Made by a program: the position numbers and the translations under genes. Below the pieces are notes generated by a model, which ran no database searches, was not told the origin of the DNA, and was given only the letters and a program-made list of their open reading frames with translations. A stretch of 63,249 nt of DNA, filler included. It is 9 parts of 9 records of this genome, joined end to end, with 100 filler letters (N's around TTAATTAATTAA, not from the genome) between each part and the next. Parts side by side here need not be neighbours in the genome. Positions count along the whole stretch, not along the records: positions 27,570 to 33,757 come from SRR31156797_14026; positions 33,858 to 45,591 come from SRR31156797_14033; 7 more parts are not named here. The stretch is one strand, 5' to 3'. Shown in pieces: positions 29,370 through 39,495 of this stretch (position 1 is the stretch's first letter; the number at the start of each line of letters is the position of its first letter).

Positions 29370-31258
29370 ATCATCCGGAAAAAATGCCACGGGTTCGATT
29401 TTTACCAGAAGGGATGCAGGGTTCGGTTTCCCCCGGGATCCGGGTGGACCAAGCGGCCAGGGATCTGGGGGCCGATCTGCAAAGTGTCTGTGGAGGACAG
29501 GGAAAATGCGGCAAATGCCGGGTTCGTCTGTTGCACCAGTCCGGTTCCGGCGCCATGGGATCCCCGTTATCACCTCCAACAATGCTTGAAAGAGACCTGC
29601 TTTCCGATGAAGAGCTCGCCAAGGGCTGGCGGCTGGCCTGCAAGAGTCGGGTAGTGGATGATGTCACCTTCGACATCCCAGAGGAGAGCAGGAGCGGTGG
29701 ACAAGTAATCAGAAAGGCTCCCGGTTCGATATCCGTTGACCCGGAACCCACAGTCCGGATCCAAGTTGTGACGGTGCCTGCCGCCGATCTTTCGGCTCCC
29801 GTCTCGGACTGGGAACGGTTGTCCGCACAAATCCAGCCAGGCAACGAAGAGGCTTGCCTTTGCCCGGATTCGGAAATGCTCAAATCCTTGCCGAATGTCC
29901 TTGCTTTCGGAGGGAAGACCTCCGCCTTGCTCCGGGACAACGGTGAATGTATCGGTGTGGCGCCTGAGGGCGACTGTCCTTTGACTGGTGTCGCTCTTGA
30001 TATCGGAACAACGACACTGGCCGCTTATCTTTGCGACTTGGAAAGCGGCGAGGTGCTGGCAACCGGATCGGCGGTCAATCCTCAAATTTCTTGCGGAGAA
30101 GATGTGATTTCCCGAATCGCCCATGCCACCAATGACAAATCCGGACCTAAAGAGTTGCAGCGGTTGGTAATCGGGGCCGTCAACCGGATGGTTGCCTCGA
30201 TCTGCGCCCAGGCGAACGTCAAGACCGATTCCGTAGCAGATATGACCTGCGTAGCCAACACTTGCATGCATCATCTTTTTTTAGGGCTGCCCCCTTGCGG
30301 ACTTGGCGCTTCGCCCTTTGCACCGGTAACGACCCTTGGTGTCGATGTCAAGGCACGGGATCTTGGAATTCAAATCGCTCCCGGTGCATGGATCCACATG
30401 TTGCCCACCGTTTCAGCCTTTGTCGGATCTGACACGGTAGGAGTACTACTGGCCCTGGATGAGCCACCTGTCGATGAAACCGTTCTGGTCATCGATGTCG
30501 GCACCAATGGGGAGATTGTCCTGGTATCCGGGAACCGACTCGTATGCACGTCCTGCGCCACCGGTCCCGCTCTGGAAGGAGCCACCCTTGCCTGTGGTAT
30601 GCGGGCGGCATCCGGTGCCATCGAACGGATCCGGATCGCACCGAAAACACTAGATGTAGACGTTGAAGTCATTGGCGCGACACCGGGCAAACCGGTTCAG
30701 GCAGCCGGCATCTGCGGTTCAGGTGTGATTGATGCCATCGCCGCTATGTTCACTTCGGGTGTTATAAAGAAAAACGGGACGTTGGACCGCCAACTTCTTT
30801 CGCCGCGTCTGAAACAAAGCGGAAACGATGTTGCCTTCATCGTCGTACCGGCGCAGGAGGGCGCCGGCAGTCGGGATATCGTCATCGACCAGGACGACAT
30901 TCGAGCCGTTCAGATGGCCAAAGGTGCAATCCATGCAGGTATCCGGCTCCTAATGGCAGAAATCGGGGTCCGGTGCGTGGATCGCGTCGTTCTGGCCGGC
31001 GCCTTTGGCAGCGTGCTCAATCCATTATCGGCACTAACGATTGGCTTGTTTCCCGAAGTTCCGCTCGACAAGATCTCAGCTGTTGGCAATGCCGCCGGGG
31101 ACGGTGCCCGTATGGCGTTGCATAACCGATCCATGCGGCAACGGGCGGCTGAACTGGCCGAAAAGATGGAAACGGTCGAGCTGACCACCCTTCCTGATTT
31201 TCAACGCGAATTCGCCATGGCCATGTATTTACCGCATATGAAGCCAAACGGCAAGTAA
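29366..31258 (+). CDS. Reductive activator of corrinoid enzymes (RACE/RamA-like; 2Fe-2S + ASKHA ATPase)
   Basis: CGGQGKCGKC...RLAC ferredoxin domain, DIGTTT, GEDVISRI, DVGTNGE, ATGPALEG, GICGSG, LAGAFG, GNAAG. Confidence 0.93.
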   Translation: MNHPEKMPRVRFLPEGMQGSVSPGIRVDQAARDLGADLQSVCGGQGKCGKCRVRLLHQSGSGAMGSPLSPPTMLERDLLSDEELAKGWRLACKSRVVDDVTFDIPEESRSGGQVIRKAPGSISVDPEPTVRIQVVTVPAADLSAPVSDWERLSAQIQPGNEEACLCPDSEMLKSLPNVLAFGGKTSALLRDNGECIGVAPEGDCPLTGVALDIGTTTLAAYLCDLESGEVLATGSAVNPQISCGEDVISRIAHATNDKSGPKELQRLVIGAVNRMVASICAQANVKTDSVADMTCVANTCMHHLFLGLPPCGLGASPFAPVTTLGVDVKARDLGIQIAPGAWIHMLPTVSAFVGSDTVGVLLALDEPPVDETVLVIDVGTNGEIVLVSGNRLVCTSCATGPALEGATLACGMRAASGAIERIRIAPKTLDVDVEVIGATPGKPVQAAGICGSGVIDAIAAMFTSGVIKKNGTLDRQLLSPRLKQSGNDVAFIVVPAQEGAGSRDIVIDQDDIRAVQMAKGAIHAGIRLLMAEIGVRCVDRVVLAGAFGSVLNPLSALTIGLFPEVPLDKISAVGNAAGDGARMALHNRSMRQRAAELAEKMETVELTTLPDFQREFAMAMYLPHMKPNGK

Positions 31259-31263
31259 CCGCA

Positions 31264-32544
31264 ATGAAACCCTATTTTGTTGATGCTGCACCGGGCCAGC
31301 GTTCCGGATACCGCTGGACGGTGTTTTCGATCCTGTCGCTTCAATACCTGTTGGTTTACTTTCACCGGGTTTCTCCTGCGCTCATGACACGGGAACTGAT
31401 GGCGGCCTTTTCCATCAGCGGCGCATCTCTCGGGCTGCTTTCATCCGGTTATTTTTATGCCTATGCTCTGATGCAGCTTCCGGTTGGGGTCTTCGCCGAC
31501 CGTTGGGGCGCTCGCAAAACTATCACCCTGTTTTCAGGCATCGGTGCCGCTGGAGCAATTCTTTTCGCATTGTCTCCCAATTTCCAAATAGCCGCTGTGG
31601 CCAGGGTGCTGGTCGGTTTCGGGCTTTCCGCTATTTTCGTGCCAGCGATGAGAGTCTGCGCCGGCTTGTTCAATGACAGAGAATACGCCTACATATCGGG
31701 TTTGCTGTTGGCCATGGGCGGAGTTGGTTGGTTTGTCGCTGCCACCCCCCTTGCATGGATGACAGAAATGTTCGGATGGCGGGCGACATTTGCCGGTATC
31801 AGCATGATGACAATCCTGCTGGCCGCGGCCACCTGGTTTCTGGTGGTTGACCCGCCACCGGAGCCGGCTGCCACCGGTCGGCCTGATTCTGACAACCATC
31901 GGCAAACAATGTGGAGCGGTATATTACAGGTGCTGACCACCGGCCGGTTCTGGCCACTGGCCGGTTGGTTCTTTTGTTTTGGTGGTCTCCTATTCGGGTT
32001 TTGCGGCTTGTGGGCCGGTCCATTTTTGATGGATGCCTGTGGTCTTTCAAAGTCAGAGACCGGTAACGTTCTTTCCATGATCGCGTTGGGAACCATCGTG
32101 GGCGGTCCTCTGCTGGGGCGCATCTCGGATCGAATGGTCCGTCGAAGAAAAACAGTGGTATGGGTTGCCTCACTGATCCAGGTTCTTCTCTACTTGTTGA
32201 TCTTCTCGCTTAAGACCCACCTGACCTATACATCGCTTTTTCCGATTTTTTTCTTATTCGGAATTTTTGGCAATGGAATCGCAGTGGTCAGCTTTGCGAT
32301 TGCCAAGGAGACGTTTCCTGCTGAGATGGCTGGAACAGCCGTTGGATGCGTTAATTTTTTTGCGTTTTTCAGCGCCGCCTTTTATCAGCCGCTGAGTGGG
32401 TTGATAATGGACAGATCCGGTAAAATGCACGGCGCCTACACACCCGAAGCTTACACGCCAGCCCTTCTCTGTTTTTTGGGAACAAGTGTTCTTCTTTTTG
32501 TAAGTAGTACATTTTTCCGGGAGCAAAGCAGGAGAAACGGTTGA
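31264..32544 (+). CDS. MFS transporter (OPA/ACS-like)
   Basis: YFHRVSP, YAYALMQLPVGVFADRWGAR, about 12 TMs. Confidence 0.9.
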   Translation: MKPYFVDAAPGQRSGYRWTVFSILSLQYLLVYFHRVSPALMTRELMAAFSISGASLGLLSSGYFYAYALMQLPVGVFADRWGARKTITLFSGIGAAGAILFALSPNFQIAAVARVLVGFGLSAIFVPAMRVCAGLFNDREYAYISGLLLAMGGVGWFVAATPLAWMTEMFGWRATFAGISMMTILLAAATWFLVVDPPPEPAATGRPDSDNHRQTMWSGILQVLTTGRFWPLAGWFFCFGGLLFGFCGLWAGPFLMDACGLSKSETGNVLSMIALGTIVGGPLLGRISDRMVRRRKTVVWVASLIQVLLYLLIFSLKTHLTYTSLFPIFFLFGIFGNGIAVVSFAIAKETFPAEMAGTAVGCVNFFAFFSAAFYQPLSGLIMDRSGKMHGAYTPEAYTPALLCFLGTSVLLFVSSTFFREQSRRNG

Positions 32545-32590
32545 ATCCGGCAGGCGGCAAAGCATCGGCTTTCGTTCCAGACGCTGTCTT

Positions 32591-33268
32591 TCACGTTTTC
32601 AGCTTCTGGTAATAAGAGTGGGCCGTATAAACCGCCGCAAGCGGATTGTGGCCGGTTACGCGGTCCTTGGCAGCCAGTACGGTGCTGAATGATTTCGCTC
32701 TTTTTAAAAACAGGGCGTCGTGCCCGACACAAAGGCCGAGTACGACGTTGAGGTCGGTATTCTCCTGATTCAGAATCTCGGCCTGAAGAAGAGGGTTGCA
32801 CATGGTCTCATAGCTGCCGATACGGACTTTTTCTTCATTGGAAATACCAATGGTCTCTTTGGGGACCCCTCCGCAGTTGCAAGCCACGGAAGCCACGTCG
32901 AATCCCTGGGATTCAAAGATATCTGCGACAAGTCCCGCTTCTTTTTGCAGCCCGCCGCAAAAGGCAAGTCCAAGTTTTCGGCAACCCAGTTTCTTGGCAA
33001 ATTCCATGGTTTCTTCAATGCGCGACTTTGTTGGCTGAAGAACGTATTTTCCCGGTTTCCGGTTGGCGTAGCATTCGGCCTCCTGGATCGAGGCCATGCG
33101 TGCGAATTCTGCAAATTCAGGTTCCCGGTAGGCGTCGGTAACCTTATCGGTGAGATCACGGTAGTTGACCGTGGGGCAGAATGCGGGATGCCTTCCGCCG
33201 GATTCAAGTTTACAGATTCTTTCGCTACTGGGGATACGGCATCTTGCGCAATGGGCTTTGTTTTCCAT
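32591..33268 (-). CDS. DUF1847 family Cys-rich (metal-binding) protein
   Basis: CARC...C...CP, SRIEETMEFAK, GLAFCGGL, MCNPLLQA, GLCVGHD, KDRVTGHNP; ATG 33268 preferred. Confidence 0.85.
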   Translation of the reverse strand: MENKAHCARCRIPSSERICKLESGGRHPAFCPTVNYRDLTDKVTDAYREPEFAEFARMASIQEAECYANRKPGKYVLQPTKSRIEETMEFAKKLGCRKLGLAFCGGLQKEAGLVADIFESQGFDVASVACNCGGVPKETIGISNEEKVRIGSYETMCNPLLQAEILNQENTDLNVVLGLCVGHDALFLKRAKSFSTVLAAKDRVTGHNPLAAVYTAHSYYQKLKT

Positions 33269-33583
33269 GGTTGGCAACACTTTCTTTCTCGTTTGGATGG
33301 GTAATTTCAATGCGGCCATCAGTAAAAAAAATTGGAAATATTTTTACTCTATCGCCCCCAAAAAGCAAGATCGCATTTTCGCTCAGGAGAAGAAAACAAT
33401 ATTTTCTGTAGATTTGGACATCATGAGTAGATTTAAAAATCATAAATTGTAGCGGATGATGCCCGTCGAGAATTGTTTTTTTTACAACTTAACATTTCTT
33501 TTTCTTGCTGTGGGAGCATGAAAGAGAATGTCATGAGAATAACAAGCCGTTTAAATGAGAATTCGAAGTAGTCAGGAAAAACT

Positions 33584-33757
33584 ATGGTAAAATCAAAATT
33601 AAAGGAACATCGAATCAATCGAGAGTGGTGCAAGGGCTGCGGTATCTGTGTGGAATTTTGCCCGAAACAAGTACTTGAACTGGACCGGCAGGACAAGGCG
33701 GTTGCGGTGCGTCTGGAAGCGTGCATTGCCTGCCGGCTGTGCGAACTGCGCTGCCCG
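33584..33757 (+). CDS. 2x[4Fe-4S] ferredoxin (2-oxoacid:ferredoxin oxidoreductase delta-like), truncated
   Basis: WCKGCGICVEFCP and CIACRLCELRCP. Confidence 0.88.
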
Positions 33758-33857
33758 NNNNNNNNNNNNNNNNNNNNNNNNNNNNNNNNNNNNNNNNNNN
33801 NTTAATTAATTAANNNNNNNNNNNNNNNNNNNNNNNNNNNNNNNNNNNNNNNNNNNN
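33758..33857. other. Artificial contig spacer
   Basis: N44-TTAATTAATTAA-N44. Confidence 0.98.
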
Positions 33858-33859
33858 GC

Positions 33860-34024
33860 GAGCGTCTGGACGAAGAGAAAGAAGTAGAATCGAAGCGCGT
33901 CTACGCACGGCAGGCGCTTATGGGCCATGTATTCTCTGAAATCAAAGAGGCTTTCTCATTTGCTGCGAACCCGGAAGAGAAGAAGATGAAGGTGATGCTG
34001 GATTTTTCCGCCTCCATCGAATAA
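33860..34024 (+). CDS. C-terminal fragment, possibly a Zn-dependent (MDR) dehydrogenase
   Basis: ...FSEIKEAFSFAANPEEKKMKVMLDFSASIE* resembles MDR C-termini; only 54 codons visible. Confidence 0.4.
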   Translation, partial: ERLDEEKEVESKRVYARQALMGHVFSEIKEAFSFAANPEEKKMKVMLDFSASIE

Positions 34025-34046
34025 CGGATCTGTAAAATGAAACGAA

Positions 34047-34077
34047 TAAAGCCGGCTGAAACTTCCAGTCGGCTTTA
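34047..34077. terminator. Intrinsic terminator between convergent genes
   Basis: TAAAGCCGGCTG-aaacttc-CAGTCGGCTTTA. Confidence 0.7.
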
Positions 34078-34084
34078 CCATATA

Positions 34085-36460
34085 TCACGATGAAAATGCT
34101 TTGATGCTATACACCCGGGCGGACTCGGAGCCCCAGGTCTTCAGGATCCGTAGTCGCAGGGTAACCGTCGACTGAGCCTCTGAGAGTGTGTGAATCATCC
34201 GTCTGTTCCGATTATTCTCTTCCCTCGCTATCTCAGTCCAGGATTCCCCATTCCTGATTTCAAGGACATAGGAACGGACCAGTTCGTCTATAAAAGCGGG
34301 AATAGAGTAATCGTCCATTCCTCTGGGGAAGCCGTACATCTGATCAGAGTAATCCAGCTGGCTGTCAAATATAAGCTCAATTCGCTTAAGGCTTACAGGG
34401 GCCTTCCATTCCATCAGTAAAGAAGGGGACGGATCGCTGATATCGCTTATCCAGATGTTGGCTCCGGTCTCCGCTCTTGAGAATCCGTTTCCTATGCTGT
34501 CGGGGGCATACGGCTCCTGAACGGGATGCGCACTGAATTGGGGGGTGATGTATGGCTTTCCATGAACCTTCAGTCCCTCCATATCTATATAACGCTGTTT
34601 CAGTTTGTCCGGTAGACGCCCGTTGTGATTGATGAAGAGCCAATCGGATTCAGCGGGCGCGGTTCTGGCTTTGCCATGATAGTTCATCATCTCTCTGGGC
34701 TCCTCGTATCGGACAGCCCATCTCGTATGGAACAGTTCTTCCGCAAAACCCCAGGAGACCTCTGTGTTACGTCGAAGCACAAGGATCAGGGACGGGTAGT
34801 CTTTTTTTTCAATGCCCAGCTTATCTATCGCTAACCAGTCGGCCCCCGGACCAATCGATATTTCTCCAGATTTAATAATGAGGCGTTCATTGATCTTGCC
34901 CGCAGATCCTCCGTAATACAGAGACCATTTGACCTCAGTGAGAGCCACTGCTTTCAGGTAGACCCTGAGTTCTTTTATCTTCTCCGTACTGATGGGAAAT
35001 TGGAGGGCCGTATCATCCTCTAGCACCAGGAATCCAAGGGTCTCTTTACACTTCAGAGAGAGGGTGGAACTGGCGCTTATTTCCGCTTTAGGTATGAGAT
35101 CCTTTTCATTCGAGCTTTTCTTTCCAATGAGATATAAATCTCTGTCCAATAGGCGTTGCTGCAGCTCTTCCATATGGCTCTCATAAATGCCTCTGGGATC
35201 CGTATCGTTCTCAATACATATGGCTGAGGCCACGCCTACGGCTTCCCCAAGAATTCCAAGGGTATTCATAACCCTGATTGACGAGAGGGCTACATGTGTC
35301 GCACTGATACAACGTCCCGCAAGGAACAGGTTGCCTATGTCCCTGGAGTAGAGCGCACGATAGGGGATGCTGTACGGCTCGTACAGAAACACCTGGTCGC
35401 AGGGAGCCTCATTAGACGCTATGCCCTCAGGCGGATGGTCGTCGGGGGGCCAGCCTCCGAACCCCACTCTGTCTTTGAAAAGCTTAGGATTAAAGAGGTC
35501 GTCCTCCGTTATCATGTAATCCCCTTCTATCCTCCTGCTTTCTCTCTTCAGGGGAAAGGTCGACCAGCGAACCAGTTCGAAGTTTTCAAGGGCTTTTCTG
35601 GTCCCTTCCTCGCAGTAGTTTTTCAGATGGTCCCAAACACCGAATAGCTCGGCCTGAAGGTTTTCATAGACTTCTTCCTCATCCTCGATGACATTGAGAT
35701 GACCTCCCCATTCCATCCACCAGAAGATCTGGATCGACCGTTGGTCGCGGCTGGCCGTAACCGTCGGAAACAGGTGATCCTTCGTGTGGGGCCTGTGGGA
35801 CAGATGGCTACAGCCGGGGTAGGACTTAGCCCATGTCGGGGCTTCGAAATGTACGGGAAAATCCCTTTTCTCGGCCCACCCGTAGATCGTACATCCCAGG
35901 GTTTTATTATCTGCCATATCGTTTCCGAGTATCGGCTCATCGAACTCTTCTTTTCCCTCTCTTCCCCATCGGTAGGATGCGCCCGCCTGGTGGGATATCG
36001 TTCCGTCGCCGGTGTTGTCGACAAACTGTCTGGCATGTATCTCAACGAATACCTCTCTCTGCTGCCGGTATCCCTTGATGGAGATGATCCTCTTGTCTTT
36101 GACATCACAGGAGAAGATAGGTGTTTTTGTTAATACTGTAAGATTGGCTTCCCTTTTGCAGGCGTCCATAAGGATGGAATCCCAGTGATGTCTGGAGTCT
36201 GAATCGGGAGAGCGCTTAAGATAATACTCCAGGCGCATCTCTTCCAGTAATCCGCTGTCTCTGCAGTTGCGGTTGTGACCGATAGCCTCCGCGCCATGGG
36301 GCGGAACGCCGCATTCGGAACTGGCGTTTCCTCCCAGAACGGGTCTATCCGTAATCAATATGGTTTTCCGGCCTTCCTGAGCCGCCGCGATTGCTGCGCA
36401 GACTCCGGCCTGTCCGCCTCCGATAATGGCGATGTCGGTGTGTAAAACTTCTGTTTTCAT
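34085..36460 (-). CDS. FAD-dependent oxidoreductase (PF12831-like) with C-terminal beta-sandwich domain(s)
   Basis: IIGGGQAGVCAAIAAA, RPVLGGNASSE, VDNTGDG, KRESRRIEGDY, YSIPYRALYS..NLFLAGRCISATHVALSSIRVM. Confidence 0.88.
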   Translation of the reverse strand: MKTEVLHTDIAIIGGGQAGVCAAIAAAQEGRKTILITDRPVLGGNASSECGVPPHGAEAIGHNRNCRDSGLLEEMRLEYYLKRSPDSDSRHHWDSILMDACKREANLTVLTKTPIFSCDVKDKRIISIKGYRQQREVFVEIHARQFVDNTGDGTISHQAGASYRWGREGKEEFDEPILGNDMADNKTLGCTIYGWAEKRDFPVHFEAPTWAKSYPGCSHLSHRPHTKDHLFPTVTASRDQRSIQIFWWMEWGGHLNVIEDEEEVYENLQAELFGVWDHLKNYCEEGTRKALENFELVRWSTFPLKRESRRIEGDYMITEDDLFNPKLFKDRVGFGGWPPDDHPPEGIASNEAPCDQVFLYEPYSIPYRALYSRDIGNLFLAGRCISATHVALSSIRVMNTLGILGEAVGVASAICIENDTDPRGIYESHMEELQQRLLDRDLYLIGKKSSNEKDLIPKAEISASSTLSLKCKETLGFLVLEDDTALQFPISTEKIKELRVYLKAVALTEVKWSLYYGGSAGKINERLIIKSGEISIGPGADWLAIDKLGIEKKDYPSLILVLRRNTEVSWGFAEELFHTRWAVRYEEPREMMNYHGKARTAPAESDWLFINHNGRLPDKLKQRYIDMEGLKVHGKPYITPQFSAHPVQEPYAPDSIGNGFSRAETGANIWISDISDPSPSLLMEWKAPVSLKRIELIFDSQLDYSDQMYGFPRGMDDYSIPAFIDELVRSYVLEIRNGESWTEIAREENNRNRRMIHTLSEAQSTVTLRLRILKTWGSESARVYSIKAFSS

Positions 36461-36474
36461 GTTATTCCTGATTG

Positions 36475-37308
36475 TTACCCTTTCACGGCACCGGATGTCA
36501 TGCCGCTCACAAGGTATGGTTCTAAAAGCACAAAGATAATGACAAGCGGAAAGATAAACATTAAACCACCCGCCATGATTTCACTCCAGTCTATCGAATG
36601 CTCTCCGATAAAGGATGCCAGCCCGACTGTGAATACCCATCGGCTCTGGTCATAGGCCAGGGTCCGGGCAAACAGAAACTCATTCCAGCTGAGGATTAGA
36701 GAGTAGATTGTCACTGCGGCGATACCGGGCGAGGTCAGGGGGAGGATAATCCTGATGAACGTATCCCTCCAGCGACAACCGTCAATGGCCGCCGCTTCCT
36801 CAATGTCCACGGGTATCCCGTCGAAAAACCCCTTCATCATCCAGGTCGAGAAGGGGATGATGGTGGTGATATTGGTCAAGATCAGGGCTTTGTATGTGTT
36901 TATCCAACCCATTCTGGAGAATATCATATAGATGGGAATGACCAGTAAGGTCCCCGGAAGCATCCGGCTGAGAAGAAGAAAATAACCCATGACCTGTTGG
37001 CCTGCTGTTTTATACCGTGAAAGGCTGTACCCTGCCATTATCGACAGGACGAGGCTGATGCCGGTTGCACCCAATGATACTGTCATTGTGTTTTTCAACC
37101 AGATCAATATCGGCTTTCTTTCCAGAACATTCAGATAGGATTGGAAAGTTGCCTTTGTCGGAAGCAGAGGAGGGTTTACCGATAATATGTATTGTGAAGG
37201 CATCAGTGAGGACTGGAGTGCCCAATACAGGGGGAAAAGCAGGATTATGAGTATAATCACCAGAATCGGGTAGATTGCTTTCTCCCTGATCAATTGACGA
37301 TTCATCAT
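36475..37308 (-). CDS. Carbohydrate ABC transporter permease (MalG-like)
   Basis: IPVDIEEAAAIDGC EAA motif, SWNEFLFA. Confidence 0.95.
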   Translation of the reverse strand: MMNRQLIREKAIYPILVIILIILLFPLYWALQSSLMPSQYILSVNPPLLPTKATFQSYLNVLERKPILIWLKNTMTVSLGATGISLVLSIMAGYSLSRYKTAGQQVMGYFLLLSRMLPGTLLVIPIYMIFSRMGWINTYKALILTNITTIIPFSTWMMKGFFDGIPVDIEEAAAIDGCRWRDTFIRIILPLTSPGIAAVTIYSLILSWNEFLFARTLAYDQSRWVFTVGLASFIGEHSIDWSEIMAGGLMFIFPLVIIFVLLEPYLVSGMTSGAVKG

Positions 37309-38195
37309 TGAGAGTTCCTTTGCATTATAGGATAGAAAATGAGGACGATAAGAGCGCAGATGATAAACGAAATCATCCCCAGTACGGAGGCGTAACTGAT
37401 GTCGAAGTACTTGAACGCTTCGTTGTAGATATCGACTGCAATCGTAGTCGTTGCCTTGTTCGGACCGCCCTGGGTTGTCGCATAGATAATATCGAAGATT
37501 CTAAAGCTCCATAGACCGTTGAGGATGAGGGCCATGATGGATGAATCCTTGATGCCCGCCCAAGTGACATAGATGAATTTTCTGAAGAAACCGCATCCGT
37601 CGACATGAGCCGCTTCGTATTGCTCCTGCGGGATGCTTTGGAGCGATGCGAGGATTGTGAGGGTAAAAAAGGGATAACCCTTCCAGATCGTAGGCAGTAT
37701 GACGGAAAACATAACCAATTCCGGGTCGAAGAACCATGGCTTATACTCCCCGATAACTCCGGTCTTCATCATAAGGAAGTTCATGACCCCATAGGATGAA
37801 TCCATCATCCATAAGAAAATGATACTTGCGACAACCCCGGGAATCGTCCACGGCATTATCGTCAGGATCCTTCCCATACGCCTTCCCGCAATCTTCTGAT
37901 TTAAAATGATAGCTGTTATCAGTCCAATCAGATATGAGGGAAAGAGGCTGCCGAAGGTGTAAATGAAACTCCTTCCGACGCTCTTCCACATTCTGATATT
38001 CGTCAACGCTCTGGCATAACCGGAAAGACTGATCTCAAGGCCTTTGTTGACTTCGGTATTCATTGTGGCTCCGGGCCTGATACTGAAGTTGAACGTTACC
38101 AGAAAGGGGTAGACAATCAGCAGAACACTTACGATAAACGCAGGCAGAAGTAATCCGTATGATAATAATAGATGTGACTTTTCCCGGGATTTCAT
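37305..38195 (-). CDS. Carbohydrate ABC transporter permease (MalF-like)
   Basis: LQSIPQEQYEAAHVDG, FDIIYATTQGGP. Confidence 0.95.
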   Translation of the reverse strand: MKSREKSHLLLSYGLLLPAFIVSVLLIVYPFLVTFNFSIRPGATMNTEVNKGLEISLSGYARALTNIRMWKSVGRSFIYTFGSLFPSYLIGLITAIILNQKIAGRRMGRILTIMPWTIPGVVASIIFLWMMDSSYGVMNFLMMKTGVIGEYKPWFFDPELVMFSVILPTIWKGYPFFTLTILASLQSIPQEQYEAAHVDGCGFFRKFIYVTWAGIKDSSIMALILNGLWSFRIFDIIYATTQGGPNKATTTIAVDIYNEAFKYFDISYASVLGMISFIICALIVLIFYPIMQRNSQ

Positions 38196-38198
38196 ATA

Positions 38199-39452
38199 TT
38201 ACGGCTCCAGACCCTGATTGATCAGTTCAGATTCCAACTCAGCCAGAATATCCGCAGTAGGCTCATCTCCTATCTGCATGGACAGGATTGCATCAACGCA
38301 AACATTGACATAGCGGGAGTAGTTCTTCATCAGATTTTCAGACTCGGGCAGTATGCTCACGGCTTCAGACGCCAGATCATTCACAAGCTTGAGCGCAGGG
38401 GAATCAAGGGTTTCGCTGATACCTGTTCTACCGGCTGGCGAGTTTGTCAGCTCCGTATACCTCACCTGGTTCTCAGGTCTCGAAATCAACTCAATGAAAT
38501 CCCAGACGGCTTTCTGTTTCTCCGGAGACGTTTTCTCCGCGATATGCAGGCTGTTGCTTATCGATCCGGGTACCTTATCGAAGGGAGGTCTGGCCATCTT
38601 TAACGAGTCCTGTATCTCCGCAGGAGCGTCTTTCAGCATGGAGGCTACCCAGGGACCGTCGATAATCATGCCGATCTTGCCGTCTATAAAGAGCTGTCTC
38701 AGCATCTCGATTGACACGCCTTTGGGAGCGTATTCGGCAGCCCTGCGATATTCGTCTGCCGCTGCGATGACTTTTTTATCTTTGAGATTGAAGCTTCCGT
38801 CTTTGATAAGCGTATTGCCCTGGCCATAGACAAAATTGCAGAAATCCTGATACACATTAGAGTGCTGCTGCGTGGTCATTCCATAAGCGTGAAGATCGGC
38901 TTTACCAAGGCTTTCGATCTTCTCGATTGCCGCCAGCAGCTCTTTTTTTGTCTGGGGAACGGCAACTCCGGCTTCATTCAGAATCTTTTCATTGTAATAC
39001 AGCACAAAGCCGTAACCCATAACGAGCAGCCCCTGCTGTTCATTCATATACTCCATAGAACTCTGCAGAGGGGTCCAGTTTCCCTTCAGACCGGCTCCAT
39101 CGATATTCTGATCCAGAGAGGTGAACCATCCCTGCGAGGCGAACTGGTTGAAGAACTTTGAAGCGATATGGACGATATCAGGCGGATTGTTAACTGTGAA
39201 CCTGGTCGTCAGAGTGTCATGATACTGTCCGAAGGGAATCTGGGTAATATTGATCTCTGTTCCGGGATTCTCCTGCTCGAACTTTTCTATCATCTCATGC
39301 CAGAAAGCGGCAAATCCGCCTTCCTCCGCCTGCCATGTGGGGAACTCCAAAACCATAGTTCCGTCTTCCTGAACGCTTTCTTGCTGTCCGTTCGCAGTAA
39401 GCGATGCAACTGCGAGGGACAACAGAACCAATAATGCAAGTAATCTCTTCAT
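38199..39452 (-). CDS. Carbohydrate ABC transporter substrate-binding protein
   Basis: Spirochaete-type signal (LTANGQQE), PPDIV, LYYNEKIL, GKIGMIIDGPW. Confidence 0.92.
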   Translation of the reverse strand: MKRLLALLVLLSLAVASLTANGQQESVQEDGTMVLEFPTWQAEEGGFAAFWHEMIEKFEQENPGTEINITQIPFGQYHDTLTTRFTVNNPPDIVHIASKFFNQFASQGWFTSLDQNIDGAGLKGNWTPLQSSMEYMNEQQGLLVMGYGFVLYYNEKILNEAGVAVPQTKKELLAAIEKIESLGKADLHAYGMTTQQHSNVYQDFCNFVYGQGNTLIKDGSFNLKDKKVIAAADEYRRAAEYAPKGVSIEMLRQLFIDGKIGMIIDGPWVASMLKDAPAEIQDSLKMARPPFDKVPGSISNSLHIAEKTSPEKQKAVWDFIELISRPENQVRYTELTNSPAGRTGISETLDSPALKLVNDLASEAVSILPESENLMKNYSRYVNVCVDAILSMQIGDEPTADILAELESELINQGLEP

Positions 39453-39495
39453 GAGATCCTCCTGTTATTTTTTTACAGCTGATGCTGTATTCTTC

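Noticed and set aside
33860-33950. Resemblance of ESKRVYARQALMGHVFSEIK to IS1182-type transposase C-termini
   Set aside because: Too short and degenerate, no inverted repeat seen, and the downstream residues fit a dehydrogenase tail better
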